From Botryllus schlosseri (Eukaryota), in NCBI GenBank assembly GCA_051294905.1, contig CM119371.1, forward strand, positions 4,094,001 through 4,158,000: a stretch of DNA of 64,000 bases. Direction: 5' to 3'. A program made the position numbers and the translations under genes. The notes under the pieces are model-generated. The model ran no database searches. It was not told the DNA's origin and was given only the letters and a program-made list of their open reading frames with translations. Below are positions 63,527 to 64,000 of the stretch, piece after piece (the stretch's first letter is position 1; every line of letters begins with the position of its first letter).

Positions 63527-64000
63527 TTATACCATCGGGCTATAAACCACCATGGTTTCACCAGGAAATATATTGGTCATAATTTTCAGGCGCTTCTTGC
63601 GTGACATCAAGAAATAAATAACCATGAGGTCGTCTAGCAGCGTCACGATAAGCCTCTGTTAAAAATCTAGAATTTGGGTACATTTGTCGACCAAGAAAAC
63701 TGATCTGCTGTTGGTCGCGTGGATTCTTGAAAATCACCATATACGAGCTTGAGAGACTCAAGTCACGTGCTCCTTTACCCTTGTGGTACAGGTTCTGTGT
63801 GATATAGCAAATTGACTTTGCCGAATGATGAGAAAATCTTGTAAAGTAGTCTGCAATTTTCGCTGTCTCGGTCATGAAATCATCCACTATAATCAAGGTG
63901 TCTTCAGAGCAAACCTTCAACTCTTCTAAAATATCTAGACCGGCGTGGAATTCTACGTTATGCATCGTCTTGAAAACCTCCTGATAATTATTGTAACAAT
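63527..64000 (-). CDS. FtsK/A32-like DNA packaging ATPase (5' part outside window; C-terminal frameshift)
   Basis: Walker B LIIVDD, SHH..ITQNLY, Y.VIFKNPRD..QI..L.RQ; frame open to 64000; the expected tail TNIFPGE lies in a shifted frame ending at 63527. Confidence 0.9.

Larger units (their letters stand above)
56930..64000 (-). mobile_element. Polinton/Maverick (adintovirus-like) endogenous virus, partial
   Basis: AGTAGT terminus at 56930, subterminal repeats, and a dense intronless cluster of protease, MCP, pentons, integrase and ATPase; continues beyond the window (pPolB not seen). Confidence 0.95.

Overview
AT-rich eukaryotic genomic DNA, probably from an invertebrate animal (species not determinable from the sequence), dominated by transposable elements. 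(1) From 56930 to the window end lies one arm of a Polinton/Maverick (adintovirus-like) endogenous virus. It starts with an AGTAGT terminus, followed by minus-strand genes for adenain protease, major capsid, a core/lytic-type protein, THREE tandem penton (minor capsid) paralogs, a small membrane protein, a chromodomain integrase, two small ORFs and a packaging ATPase with a C-terminal frameshift. (2) Two multi-finger C2H2 zinc-finger exons (19 and 15 fingers, atypical HAGxKNH linkers), both trimmed at their 3' ends. (3) A set of intron-containing, decayed Polo-like kinase (PLK1-like) copies largely invisible in the ORF track: tandem kinase-domain exons at 11.3-18.5 kb (minus) and polo-box exons at 31.3-32.6 kb (plus). 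(4) Many non-autonomous hAT elements with 8-bp TSDs, often nested; a ~2.1-kb P/Galileo-like foldback element; TA-targeting MITEs; a tRNA-derived SINE; a Penelope GIY-YIG remnant; and a repeat carrying a minimal type I hammerhead ribozyme motif. All calls come from manual reading and translation; no database searches were run.
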